A stretch of 64,000 nt of DNA from the NCBI GenBank assembly GCA_030704615.1, contig CM060733.1:43214001-43278000 (forward strand), written 5' to 3'. A program made the translations under genes and the position numbers. Of this stretch, positions 1 through 12,297 are shown one piece after another. This DNA is from Takakia lepidozioides. Taxonomy: Eukaryota; Plantae; Bryophyta. The notes under the pieces were generated by a model. The model made no database searches, was not told the origin of the DNA, and saw only the letters and a list, made by a program, of their open reading frames with translations. Numbering within the stretch: the stretch's first letter is position 1; every line of letters starts with the position of its first letter.

Positions 1-53
1 TAAAGGAAACCACAAGCCCTTGAGGAGGGGAAAAATTCACCCGCCTTCAGATC

Positions 54-1334
54 GTGCCTCACCCAACACAGCGTGCACGGTTAGTGCGACATGCCCATGA
101 GGAGTTGGGGCATTTTGGAGTGCGACGCACTCATAGTTTACTGCAGGGGCAGTATTGGTGGCGTGGTATGCACACAGAGGTGCAACAGTTTGTGGCTAGG
201 TGCATGGTGTGTGACAGGGTGCGTGCTTCATTCAACGCCCCTACCCCACAGTTGCATCCTTTACCCATCATGGGATTGGGCTACAGGTGGAGTCTTGACT
301 TCGCAGGGCCTTTGTCACTGACGATGCGTCACTACAGATATGTGTTGGTGATGGTGAAGCACTTTTCCAAGTGGATTGAATTGGTTCCATTGCCTGACAA
401 GGCTAGTGAGGGGGCTGCGTATGCATTCCTGGATCGTGTGCTTAGCCGATTCGGTGCTCCAGCTGAGGTACTCACGGACCAAGGAAGAGAGTTCTTGGGG
501 GAGTTTCAGGCTTTGTGTGATAAAGCCTTGATAGACCACCGTACCACTTCTCGGGATCATCCTGAGACCGATGGCTTGGCAGAGAGAGTGGTGCACATGG
601 TGAAGAGGGGTTTGCATAAGTATGGCTTGCAAAAAGGACACCTAGGAGATTGGGATCTTCAGGTACCTTGGTTAGCCATGGGCTACAGGTTCAGCAAGCA
701 AGCATCACTTGCCTCCTTCTCACCATATTTTCTTCTCTTTGGCCGAGAGCCGGATTTGCCTGCATCTATTCGCAGGGAGGCTGCAGTAGTCCTCAACCTT
801 GATGATCCGGATGTGTGGACACAAGCATGTGCCCAACGGGCAGAGTTGTTCAAGAGAGTTATGCCTATGGCTTTTGAGAATCTTGCTATTGCCCAACACC
901 GAGACACATTGAGTATGCCACTATACGTGGAGGGGGATATCGGCCAGGTGTTCGGCATTTCCACCCTGGGGACTATGTGTATCTGCAGCAGACAGCGCCT
1001 ACGACCTTGGATGTCACAACATGACATGTGATTCTAAGGGTCAGGGAGGTGTGTGCCTTCAGGAGTGTTGATTCTGGAGGGTCGAGATGACATGGTATGG
1101 AAGGACCATGTGCGTAATTGTGCGCCATGTCACCTTCCACATGTGGATGGGAGGATAGATCCCAACCTTGCAGTGGTACCTGCAGGATTGCGTTGCATGC
1201 TATGTGGGCATGCTTGTGGTGCCGTCACTATGCTGGTGTGTGATCGATGCTCAAGAGGTTGGCACATGAGATGCTTGACACCTCTTGAGAGGGTTCCTGA
1301 TGGAGATTGGCTATGTCCACACTGTTTGGGATAG
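54..1334 (+). pseudogene. Ty3/Gypsy-type integrase (H2C2 zinc-binding + DDE core) followed by PHD finger; frameshifted (copy 1 of split-repeat family)
   Basis: ORF 54-1031 has HEELGHFG..CMVC, SLDFAG, LTDQG and GLAERVV (D-D-E). ORF 1053-1334 ends in CMLC..CDRC..WH..C..WLCPHC (C4HC3). Closely similar to 12298-13600. Confidence 0.92.
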
Positions 1335-1592
1335 TGGTAGTGGATATGACTAGTGGCAGCTCACAAGACATGGGAGGCCAAACTCATAGGACTCAATACC
1401 CAAGATCTCAGGCTCAAGTTCACAGGTTGCAAGACGGCGACTAACGATGGGGCAACTCTTGTACCCGGCCTCTTGATCTATCGAGTTTGAGTATAGTAGG
1501 GACAGTGGTGGAGGACTTAGTGAGGCTATGGCCACTATCACATCTTGTGGCTACCTGGACTTAGAGGGACCTAAGCGCCAACTAGGGTGGCG

Positions 1593-2572
1593 ATTGTGAT
1601 GGACTAGTGGCTGCACTAGTGGTGGCTAGTGGTGGACTAGTGACAGCCTAGTGATGGACTAGTGGCTGCCCTAGTGGTGGCTAGTGGCAGCCTAGTGGTT
1701 GGACTAGTGGCTGCACTAGTGGTGGCTAGTGGCAGCCTAGTGGTTGGATTAGTGGCTGCACTAGTGGTGACTAGTGGTGGCTAGTGGCAGCCTAGTGGTG
1801 CACTAGTGATAGACTAGTGTTTGGTGTGCACATATGTTGTGTGGTTTGGATAGCGATGTAGTTATGTAGCGATATGTATGCGCACGACAGCTGTCAAGTT
1901 ATTTTACCACTAGTTTGAAGTTAGCCAGGAAATAGCTAGCTTTTATATATTGACATTTGGGATTGACCCAAGTGTCAATCCAGGGGCCAATACATGTTTG
2001 GGCACCTGGCGTTGTTATCTTCACGGCAGATCGCGGTGGGCTCATCTTTCTCGAGTTGAGCCTCACCGCGTCTAGCTATGGCGCCGTAGTGTGGATTTCC
2101 CATGGTGTGGGGTGCACTTGGCTCGACTTAATATATGAGTGATGTTTTCATGTGCGAGTGTGTGAGTTTGAAAGAGCTTGTATGCTTGTATCATTCTTTT
2201 CCTTATCTATTGTGATGGACTAGTGGCAGCCTAGTGGTGGACTAGTGGCTGCACTAGTGGTGGCTAGTGGCTGCGCTAGTGGTGGACTAGTGGCAGCCTA
2301 GTGATGGACTAGTGGTTGCCTAGTGATGGACTAGTGGCTGCACTAGTGGTGGACTAGTGGCTGCCTAGTGATGGACTAGTGGCTGCACTAGTGGTGGCTA
2401 GTGGCAGCCTAGTGGTTGGACTAGTGGCTGCACTAGCGGTGACTAGTGGTGGCTAGTGGCAGCCTAGTGGTGCACTAGTGGTGCACTAGTGATAGACTAG
2501 TGTTTGGTATGCACATATGTTGTGTGGTTTGGACAACGATGTAGTTGTGTATCGATATGTATGCGCACGACA
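1593..2572 (+). repeat. 3' terminal split direct repeats of copy 1: B1 1593-1889, GC, A2 1892-2207, B2 2209-2572
   Basis: B1 and B2 both start attgtgatggactag and end gatatgtatgcgcacgaca. A2 (316 bp) matches the reverse complement of 27664-27979. B contains a variable CTAGTGG tandem array. Confidence 0.9.
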
Positions 2573-2621
2573 GACCGTGCACGTTGAACTGCATCTAGTA
2601 TGTAGTTTGTACCGTGGGTGG

Positions 2622-2982
2622 TGTTGGAATTCGACAGAGAATAGAGATAAAAGATGAATTGATTACTGAGAATCTCCACCCAACGTACAACCACAACAAG
2701 CTGTGTGTCCACCCTTCGAGCTCTCCCTATTTATACTCAAATTCTAATCCAGGAATAGCTGAGATAACTATAGCATGACTCCATGCTTTTACTTAAGTTA
2801 TCCCCAAGTCCTGTTATTCTGGTACACTGACTTGAGTAAAAAATAACTAAAGCTAACTTTAGCTAACTGAAGCTTATCTTTATTGTTAATTGTGACTTGT
2901 CAGCACTGTTATTATTGAAGTTTGACTTGTCATCATAGTAACTCTAGATAGTAGTAACTTGGTCAGGAATTGATCTCCAACA
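2622..2982 (-). repeat. Ty1/Copia 3' LTR
   Basis: Termini TGTTGGA...TCCAACA; polypurine tract (GAGTGGGGC on minus) immediately internal at 2983-2991; lies next to the Copia RNase H remnant. Confidence 0.8.
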
Positions 2983-4700
2983 GCCCCACTCAACGAATTA
3001 TCAAGTTAAACACTTACCTACTCCCATCAAACCTCGAAAGCGTTTATGCTTTTCAACACTAAGTTATTTTGTCAAAATATCTGCAACCATGTTGTTGGTA
3101 TTGCAATATATCAGTTTGACAATTCTAGCTTCAGTCTTCTCTCGTACCAGATGATGATAAATCTCATTATGCTTTGTGCGAGCATGAAACGTTGGATTCT
3201 TCGAGAGAGCAATACACCCTTGGTTGTCATCATATATGACCATGGTATCCCTCTGTGGACGACCAATACTTGAGAGAAATGATGATAACCATAATGCTTG
3301 CCTTGTAGCTTGAGATGTAGCCATATATTCTCCCTCAGTTGAGAACATAACAATTGTAGATTGTTTCTTGCTACTCCAGCTAACACCTCCACCTGCTAGC
3401 ATAAAAATATAGCCAGATGTAAAATGGCGGTCATCAATATTACCAGCCCAATCTGCATAGCCGTATAGCTCTGCGCTTTTGCGAGCACTATCTGAGATAC
3501 CATATGAACCCAGTTGATCCATCCATTGAGGAAGGCTGTACATACATCCATCTGATGTACCTCAAGATTTTCAACGGTAGCAAACGTAAGAATCACTTGA
3601 ATTGACTCCATCCGTGCAATAGGGGAGAAGGTTTCATTGTAATTTATACCTTCAATTTGTGAAAACTCATTTGCAACCAAATGAGCTTTATACCTTGCTA
3701 CAGAACGATTTGCATTGTACTTAACCTTGAAAATCCATTTGCAGTCAACAGACTGTCGTCAAGCTTAACAAGACTCCAAGTCTTATTATCCTGAAGAGAT
3801 TGAAACTCAGATGCCATAGTTTCCTTCCAGTGTGAAGAATCCCCACTCCTCATTACATCTGACACACTTTAAGGTTCATCATTGTCAATGAAATAGGCAG
3901 AAAATACCTTTGGGGGTTTTTCAATCGTAGTAGATTGCATCTCCTCCATCTAAACCTCAACAATCTCTTCAATAATTTTTTATTCTATTTTTTCTTCATG
4001 AGTTAGAGCCAAGTTCTCTTTTCATGGTCCAAACTTGGAACTACTGTTTCCTGATGAAAGTTCCTAGACTCATTGAATATAACATCACGACTAATGATTA
4101 CATACTTGCTCTCAGGGGTATGCAACTTGTTTCTTCACAATAACCAATGAAGATACACTTAATTGTTTTTGCATCCAATTTATTCCTTACTTCGTGTCCT
4201 TATAGAGATGACATTAGTAGGAAGTTGATTCTGGAGGTATGCTGCAGTCGCCACTGCTTTTGCCCAGAAACGGTGGTCTAACCTCATGTGTTGCAACATA
4301 CACCTCACACTCTCAACAAGTGTTCGATTCTTCCTCTTGCAACTTCGTATATGGTGTGGTTGATTATTTAACAATATACCATTCTCCCTGCAAAACTGGT
4401 TAAAATTCTTTCAAATATACTCACCACCGCCATCACACCAAAGAGTTTTGATCTTTTCTTCAGTTTGATTCTCCACCAAAGTTTTGAACGCTTTGAATCT
4501 ATCGAGAACTGCAAAGTTGTTTTGCATCGTGTAGAGAAATGTTTTCCTGGAAAAATCATCAATGAAGGTCAAAGAATATTTTGCACCTCCATGAGATTCA
4601 GTTGACATAGGACTGCATAGATCTGTATGCACTAGCCCAAGAACCTTCTTTGTTCGAGAATCTCCATCCTTTGGAAATGAGTTGCGACTGGATATTCCTT
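2622..4700 (-). mobile_element. Degenerate Ty1/Copia retrotransposon (integrase-RT-RNase H remnants)
   Basis: Integrase motifs HTDLCSPM..LTFIDDFSRK..DGGGEY and RKNRTLVESVRCML; RT motif QIEGINYNETFSP..HQMDV; RNase H motif YADWAG..SWSSKKQ..EGEY..DNQG..ADILTK. INT-RT-RH is the Copia order; many stops and deletions. Confidence 0.9.
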
Positions 4701-5633
4701 ATGCCCCAACTTCGCGTGGCTTGTACTCAAGTGAGCACAAATTGCACATTTTAATTTCGTTATCGTATCTTTTCAAAGAATATTCTAGGAATTTCCAGTA
4801 TATCCTCTTCTGCTCACGTGCTACCCAACCTCCATGGCCTCACCTGAATTCGATTGGGTAGCAACGCTCCACTTCCGCTGATAATTACCTATAGTTCTGC
4901 AAGATTCCCCTTCGGCTCTTGTCATTTTGCTTACTATTACTTCTACGATGGGCTCATCTACTCCTCATCATATTAGATTGGGCAATTCTCACTCAACCTT
5001 TGGGGGTTCGATCTTTACTCACTAACTATATGATGGTGTGTATGCCTTATGGTGTATCTGGGGTTTTATTTTTTTCTCCTAAATAATTCCAAAGAAAGCT
5101 TCCAGGGCCTTTGTCCCATATTATGAAAAAACACAATGATTTAAGATTTTTGGAGAAGAAACACGACCATCCCTTGGGCGGTGTCCCATGAGCAAGCTTT
5201 CCTGGTGAGGTTACTGTGAAAGAGGTTATTTTCTCCTCTCACTATAATTAAGGGGCTTGATTTGTGACGTGTTGCTTCTAGGTGTCTCCCCTTAAAAATA
5301 GAAAAAAAAGGGACCAAATTATGTTACCAGCTTGTTTCCGTCCAAGGTTGAAGTTCATCGCTAGTTCAAAGGTCCAAACAAACCTACATACTAACAGTCA
5401 TCACTGCCTGCACTAGAGGCGACATACATAATGCCAGTATCAACACTATACATGACAACTTCAAAATCACCCATTCATAAATGTTTCAAAGCAATCCACC
5501 TCACGACACTCCGATCCCTCACAGCTATTATCACCAACAAACGGCAAAAAAAATTGACTACTCTAAAGAGTTAGCCTCTAAGATGTTTGCGATTGGGTTG
5601 TACCAAAATGGTTGAGTTGTGAGAGTATGCAAT

Positions 5634-7718
5634 TCACAAGTGAATTGTGATTGGTATTTGTGTGGATCTGGTATTGCACAACGGACACCTTTCACTTGTT
5701 TGCCAGATTTTTGCTGCACAATCAGTGCACACACTTGTATGATTACAAGGGATGAAACATGCCCTCTTTCTTGGCTCACCGCGAGGGCATTTGAATGAAC
5801 TTTCTCCCCGAAAACAGCCGTCCAAATCCTGAAAACAAACTGAGCACTCAAACCTTTGCAGCAGTTGTTTTGCCTCTTCAAGCTGCTTCTCCATGTCCAA
5901 TTCTTTCTTTGTTCCGTGACTGTTTTCCTGCACAAACTAGAGGTGATTCTGTCAAAAAATAGAACTTGAGCAAGGAGGCAGGATAAGAAAAAGTTTGAGA
6001 AGATATTCAACATACATTTATGGCCTCCTCAATCAAGTTCAACCATGCAGTCTTTTCAACAGCATGCTCCTTTTGGATCTTCTCACTCTCCCTTCTGAAT
6101 TTCTCCTCCACCTATCATCAATGACAAGATGAAGTCAGTAAGTGATAACAAAGCCACATCTGACATCTCGCAGACCTAGCGAAATATTAAACCTCCAGAG
6201 TGAGTCGACACCTATGCAGGGAGCAAGTACAGCTTTCTCTAAATCAATAGTGATGTTTACGTTAGGAAAACAATGGATAGCACAAAAAAAATTATGGGCA
6301 TTTATGTAGGTGGCTGCACCCTCTATATGATATAATGAGAAAGAATAGTAGTCAACAGAAAAATACACATTTTTCCTTTAATCCTCTGGTCCGGTAACTG
6401 AGCTTTAATCTATGGGCCTAGTCCCCTACCTTCCACCATCCCCGTCAAGCAAATAAAGGTTTCCTTCAGCCAGGAAGGTGCTCTTCTCTCCCGTTGTGGA
6501 ACTGGTTCCATGTTGGACATTGTGTGGCAAAGTGCTTGAATCAAAGGAAATAGCACTGCATTGTATGGTAATTTTAAGCATCCAATGCATTGGTGGGGTG
6601 GGGAGAGTAGAAAACGAAAGACTACACATGTATGACCAGCAAGCACTGTAGTTTGCTTAGTGCAAGCTGCTTTTGAATATCCTTCATCTCTGTCCTGAGA
6701 GAGAATGCCCACTTGCACCAGTTGCATACAAATTGATGATAAAGCCCCAAAAGCACTGGGTGTCAAAGGTCAATGCACACCTGTTGGATCTGCACAACAT
6801 TTGTAGTGCATGGGGAGGGCTCTTTAGTTGGTGAGGAGCCTTGCTTATTTGGTTTCTGGAGCAAGCCTAGCTGGTGCAACTTGTCACAGGCTGACGTGTA
6901 GCATGCACGCTCTGCCTCTGCTTTCTTGCGCCCTTTGCCCACTGCGACATAAATTTCTGCTTTGCCCTTGATTGGCATTATCAGTTCTGCCACAAACACC
7001 TGGCACCCTAATCCCCTCCTTTGTTCATACTTGCCATTCCCTTTTCCTCATCAGTTAAAAACTCCCAATACCAATGACAAAGACACCTACAATGGAAAAA
7101 AACACATAGTTGACGCAAGGTTATCACTATAACAATCCTACCTCCGCCTCAGACTCACCAACCATAATGTGGAAATCAAATCCTCAGGCTGCCCGCACCT
7201 TGGCATGATCAGGGCCAGTTGAGCGGAAAGTGATAGGCAGAGCATGGGCATTTCAGCACCGTAGATATCACAAAACGCAGCACTGGTCACCAGAAAGTTC
7301 CGGGGGTTTTCACCCCATCCTACAATGCTCTTCTTCAATCCCACCAGCACGTTCCTGTATGCCCAGTTGTTTCCACTAAAACCACACAAAATGCAATCGC
7401 CTCCCAAATGGCTTCCACAGACCACTGGTATTCCTACTAGCAGATGATCGATACATAGATTGTATACCACCCCTTTGGAAGAGACAAGCTTACTTGCAAA
7501 TGCTTGCATGCATCAATGGCAACGACTTTTTCTGACTCTTTCTTGGTAGGGGCAACACCCACCCCAAATACTTCTTTCCCATCCTGACAGACAACAAAAC
7601 CACTTATTAGTGCAACTCTTTCACCAGTTTCCACTGGCCAAACAAACCATACCTTTTCAGGGTGCACAGTAAACCAAGTAGCAGTTAGTAATGAGTTCCA
7701 TCTCCGAGAAAGGCTCAT
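5634..7718 (-). CDS. Putative spliced gene or pseudogene: dsRBD-like domains + coiled coil + C-terminal RING-HC finger
   Basis: 7437-7718 has GVAPTKKESEKVVAIDACKHL and 6763-6999 has FVAEL..GKGRKKAEAERACYTSACDKL (dsRBD helix-2 pattern). 5634-5933 has CSVC..IPCNHTSVCTDC..CPLC. Exon joining is not verified. Confidence 0.5.
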
Positions 7719-7929
7719 TAAGCTTAATATTATCCTGAGGAGATAGGGGACAGAATAATAGTTTTATATTATTTGACGCCTTCGGAAGGAAGCGTAAATT
7801 ATGGTGTCTCTTCACCCCGAAGGGTTACTGCCTTCCGCCTTCCGCTAGGAAGGTGGACACCTTTGTGACACCAAGGGTGGATTGAACCCACAACCACTTC
7901 TGAGGTGGTATGTGCCCATTACCACTAGG

Positions 7930-8755
7930 CTACAACTTGGTTGTCCAGGAGACAGAATCCAGGACTCGAACCCTACTGGCAAGAATATCCACCGAAACGG
8001 GAGGGCGATCGAAGAGATTGGTAAAATACTCTGCCGCCACTCCTGCCATTGCTTTTGGGTTAGTTTGTGGAACATTCATCCCATCCCGAAGGCCGTAGAT
8101 GGATGTAGAAGCTTGATGCTGCTTAGTTTTTTGGAAAAAATAAGCAGACATTTTCTCACCCTGAAGAGACCAATTTACTCCTGCTTTCCTTTGGAGTTGT
8201 CTTCTTTGATCAATCGGAGCTCAGTTGCATTTAGCTGTATTGTAGGTTTGAAGAGTAATCAGACCTTAGAATAATTGAACAAACGGAATGAGCTGGTGGA
8301 AATCTCCTCCGGCTGAACGGAGCTCCTGAAAGATAGCCGCTCGTGACACAGTGTTGAAAGCGTTGGTGACGTCGACCTGGAGAACCACCTAATCCAGATG
8401 AAGATCAAGAGCTGCACGAATCCCCTGAACCACCGCCTCGCAACCACCTGGAGTGACGACCCCGAACTGGTGCGGAAAGAGGTGTCCGGAGAAGGTATTT
8501 CGAAATTGAAGACAAAGTGAGCGGCTGACAAGGCGGTAAAGAACCTCTCCAACTGCGATAGGGCGGATGCCAGTACCTGAGGGTTTGCTCATAGCCAACA
8601 ATCTGGAGGCCCCAAGGAGACGGGCCAATGGGGCAGGGATACGGCCAGTAGCAATAAAGGAGCAAATCTGAAATAGCTGAGAGAAGCCACTAGCAGAGTC
8701 CTATGGAGAGAAACAGTCGCGTAAGTGCTCATACAAGAGACCGAAAGGACCTGCC
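7930..8755 (-). mobile_element. Non-LTR retrotransposon fragments (CRE/RLE-like RT; separate L1-like linker at 7930-8151)
   Basis: SRLLAMSKPSGTGIRPIAVGEVLYRL..QFGV..GGCEA..VDVTNAFNTVSR are N-terminal RT motifs. 7930-8151 reads AYFF..K..AAEYFTNLF. Confidence 0.7.
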
Positions 8756-9159
8756 GCTGCAAGATGGGGCAAATGCCTTCATCCGGACACTGCCACATGA
8801 TCGGTGGTGTCCTGGTGACAACTGAGGTGGACCTGGTGCAATCCCCGCACTGTCCTCCTCTCCTGATGGTACAAAAGCCTCTACCCAGGCTTGTTGCACA
8901 CGACAATCAGCAACCCGCTGCAAATCCTTGCTTGAACCCCACAATGGAGTGTGAGCAACCATGGCAGGCAACTCCGCCATACCATACATGTCATCCTGCT
9001 CCCCCGAAGGTGACACATGAATGAGTGTTGCCATCCAACAACTCTCCAGGCCAAGTCACTCCAGCTGTGAATGCTGCCTGTTGGCATCTTGCCTCGCTGG
9101 GCAACCGCAACTCCTCCAATAAACGTCACAGGGAGCTACACACGCCGGCCCTCCCCTGA

Positions 9160-11503
9160 CTACCATCCAGGCCTATAGGAAGCTGACTCCTCCCAAAAAT
9201 CCAGGGTGAAGCCCATGGGGTACAACACTGCCCCACCAACAAGGACATCGTACAAGACCGCGTCTGTCACAATGGCCTTGGCTCTCATCACTGAGCCATC
9301 TGTAGGATGATCCGACTGTAGTCTGATAGCCAACTCACGCCGTGTCATGCCCCGAGCCTACTCTGATCCTCCCAGAGATGTCTGTATCTGGAAAGGGCAC
9401 GGCTCCATATCCGCCTCTGTGAGGCCCAAGCCTGCAATAGCAGCTCTGCCCAATATCAATGGCTGAGCTCCCGAGTCCAACAAGACTCGCAGTGGCCGGT
9501 ACCTCTTGCCTGCCAGTCCACTCAAACAGCAAATGCCATCCTAGTTGTCTAACATGATAACTCCAGGTGTCACCATGGTGCGCTCAATGGCTGGCCTAGC
9601 TGGCAGCTCCATCAACCTGGCAGCTGTAGCTTGCCATGGCACCGCCGTGGCAGTCTTGACCCTCAAATCCGAGGATCCCTCCGGCACTACACCTCCCACT
9701 ATCTCCGTAGAAGATGAAGTAACCTCTCTACTCTCACAGAGTGTAACTGCCAGCCTGAACACCTCAGCTGGTCTTACCCCCAGCGTCGCAATCATGGTAG
9801 CCGAGAACAATGGAGCCTGGCACACAGCTGTGGCCGCCCCCAGCAGCACACTAGTTGCCATAGCCTTGGCAACACTAGGTAGTGGTGCTGCCCGTGTAGC
9901 TCTCCCCAATGGCATAGTAAGCTCCGCCTCGGTAACAGTCGGGCGAGAACTAGGTGCCATGGACAGCGTCGACAATATCTCCGCCAATGTGAATGACTAA
10001 GGAAGCCTGGCCTGACGGCTTGCCTCCCCACATTGTGGATCCAACTCCACCTCCGCACCCCGTGGCTCAAGAACTCGTGCTGCTCCTCGAGTCACTGCCC
10101 GCAGCTGACTCCACTTGCACTAGTGATAGTCCTGCCCCACACATAGTGGTAGTGGTGCCCCATCCATAGTAGTAGTGGTAGTGGTGCCCCACCCACAGTG
10201 GTAGTGGTAGTGATGCCCCACCCATAGTGGTAGTGGTAGTGGCACCCCTCACTAGTGGTAGTGCTGCCCCGCACATGAATCATATGCCTCCCATGTCTCC
10301 TCCCTCAAAAGCAGGAGGTGGACCATCCGGCCTTGGAGCCGATACCACCTGAGCTGTGGCCATGGCAGCGAGCCTCTGCTCTAGCTGCTGGAGCCGGTTG
10401 GCCATGCCTTGGTCACCACCCTGACCTCCACGTCCTTGGCCATGTTGAGCTTGCCCTTGGCCTGCACCTCGTGCCTGGCCACCTCGTCCTCTCTGGGCTG
10501 GTCCACCTCGCCCCCGGCCACCATTGTTCCCTTGGAACTCGTCTCGGCGCAACTCAGGGTGCAAACCATAGCACTGGGCTTCTCCATGCCCATACTTGCC
10601 ACAATGCCCACACTGCAACTGTGCAGGCTATGCCGGTGCCAAACCATTGCCTCCCTCTGGGCAATCCTTCTTGACATGGGGTCCTCCACATGTCCAGCAC
10701 ACCACATCCGCCCGTTGTTGGCCAGCAAATGAAGGGAGAGACCCCTACATCTGAGGTCCTCTCTGCCCTTCCCTGAGCTTCACCTGAGTTCCCTTGCTAC
10801 CTTGAGCACGTTGAGGTAGTGGCTGGCTAAGAGCACCACTACCCCGTGGTGCCTCCTTAGCAAATCCCACCATGACCACTCATTCCTCCACCATGTTGAG
10901 CTCTATCCGCTTTGCCAGCAAAAACACATTTGCTAAGGTGGGTAGGGCCGCTTGTAGGAGAGTTGTATCCCGCACCCTTCTCCTCAGCTCTTTGTCCAAT
11001 ATCCCGTACAAGAACTGGACTGCCTGAGCCTCCGTAACCCCTTGGGTTATATTAATCAAGCGCCTCATGCGAGTGAAAGCCTCCCTCAAGCTCTCAGTCG
11101 GCTTCCTCTGGAACTCTTGCAAGCTCCTCAACTTCTCTGTCCTCACCCCTTGGTAATTCCTTCTCAACTCTTCGAAGAACTCCACAACAGGGTTGAAAGT
11201 AGGCACCGCCACTGGTGCTGGTGTAGCAGTAGCTTGGGTGGACGTCGTAGCCTCTGTACCACTAGTCCCACTGCTGCTCGTGGAAGTTGTTGTTGTAGCT
11301 GCTGCTGCTGGTGCAGCTGCCGGTGTGGCTGCTGCCCTTGTGCCTCTAGTGATGGAGACATAGTCGGGTGACCAGTACATCCTCCACTCCTCGATCTCAA
11401 CATCGTGCCCCCGCCTAAACTCATGGTAATCATCCATGGACGGCTCCTCAAGGTGCTGAAACAGCCCCTTCCATGCCATAAAAGGTGTAAACAGTTGTGG
11501 ATT
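9160..11503 (-). pseudogene. Gag C-terminal part, zinc knuckle and aspartic protease of copy 3
   Basis: Retrotrans_gag-like FQRKPTESLREAFTRMRRL; CGHCGKYGHGEAQC (CX2CX4HX4C); RG-rich tail; LLDSGA catalytic motif and YDVLVGG protease C-terminal motif; multiple frameshifts. Confidence 0.8.
10120..10275. repeat. Short imperfect tandem repeat (GTAGTG runs separated by GCCCCAC) between gag and protease
   Basis: About 5 copies of catagtggtagtggtgcccc-like units visible. Confidence 0.7.
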
Positions 11504-11507
11504 GCGC

Positions 11508-12039
11508 TGTCGTGCGCATACATATCGCTACACAACTACATCGCTTTCCAAACCACACCACGCATATATGCACGATAAAGTAGTCTGCCATAATGATAGA
11601 AAACTAAGAACACACTGTTGACATAAGAAACATGAAAACCAACTCCATCACTCATCACTCTTTAAAATAGAAGTCGAGCCAGGGGCACCCCAAGCTATGG
11701 GGACTCTACCCCACAACAACCTATTGTCCCTACATAGCACACTCAGATTCTAAAGCGTGAAGGAGCTCGGTCGTGCAGGCTCAACTCCAGAGAGATGAGC
11801 CGCACGACTGACGCTCTTGTGAAGATAAGACGGTTCAGGTGTCAAACTAAACTTGACACCTGACTTAACACTTGAACTAAATCCAAGTGTTAAATACAAA
11901 TAACTAGCTTTATTCTAGTTAGTTTCACACTGTGTTTATTTAACTTGATAGCTGTCGTGCGCATACATATCGCTACACAACTACATCGTTGTCCAAACCA
12001 TACCACGCATATATGCACAATAAAGTAGTCTGCCACAAT
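11508..12039 (-). repeat. B2-A2-B1 terminal block of copy 2 (87 + 356 + 2 + 87 bp)
   Basis: 11508-11594 and 11953-12039 are near-identical. 11595-11950 matches 24723-25078 with about 10 mismatches by eye. Confidence 0.92.
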
Positions 12040-12297
12040 CGCCCCCCTAGCTGGTGGATAGGTCCCCCTAACTCCAGATAACTACAAGATGTAATAGCGA
12101 CAACCGTACTAAGTCCTCTATCACTGTCCCTATTGTACTCAAACTCTATAGACCAAGAGGCCGGGTACAAGAGTAGCCCCATCATTAGTCGCCGTCTTAC
12201 AATCTGTGAACTTGAGCCAGGATCTTGTGTGTTCAAGGTCTCCTAGTAGCTTGGCCTTGCGTTTCTTGTTAGCCTTCCATGGTTGTATCCATTCCCA

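Noticed and set aside
54-2572. Copy 1 as the inverted 3' half of copy 3
   Set aside because: The flanks GACC and AACC match only 3 of 4 bases, and the A repeats differ by roughly 5-6 percent by eye. It is possible but unsupported without sequence left of the window.
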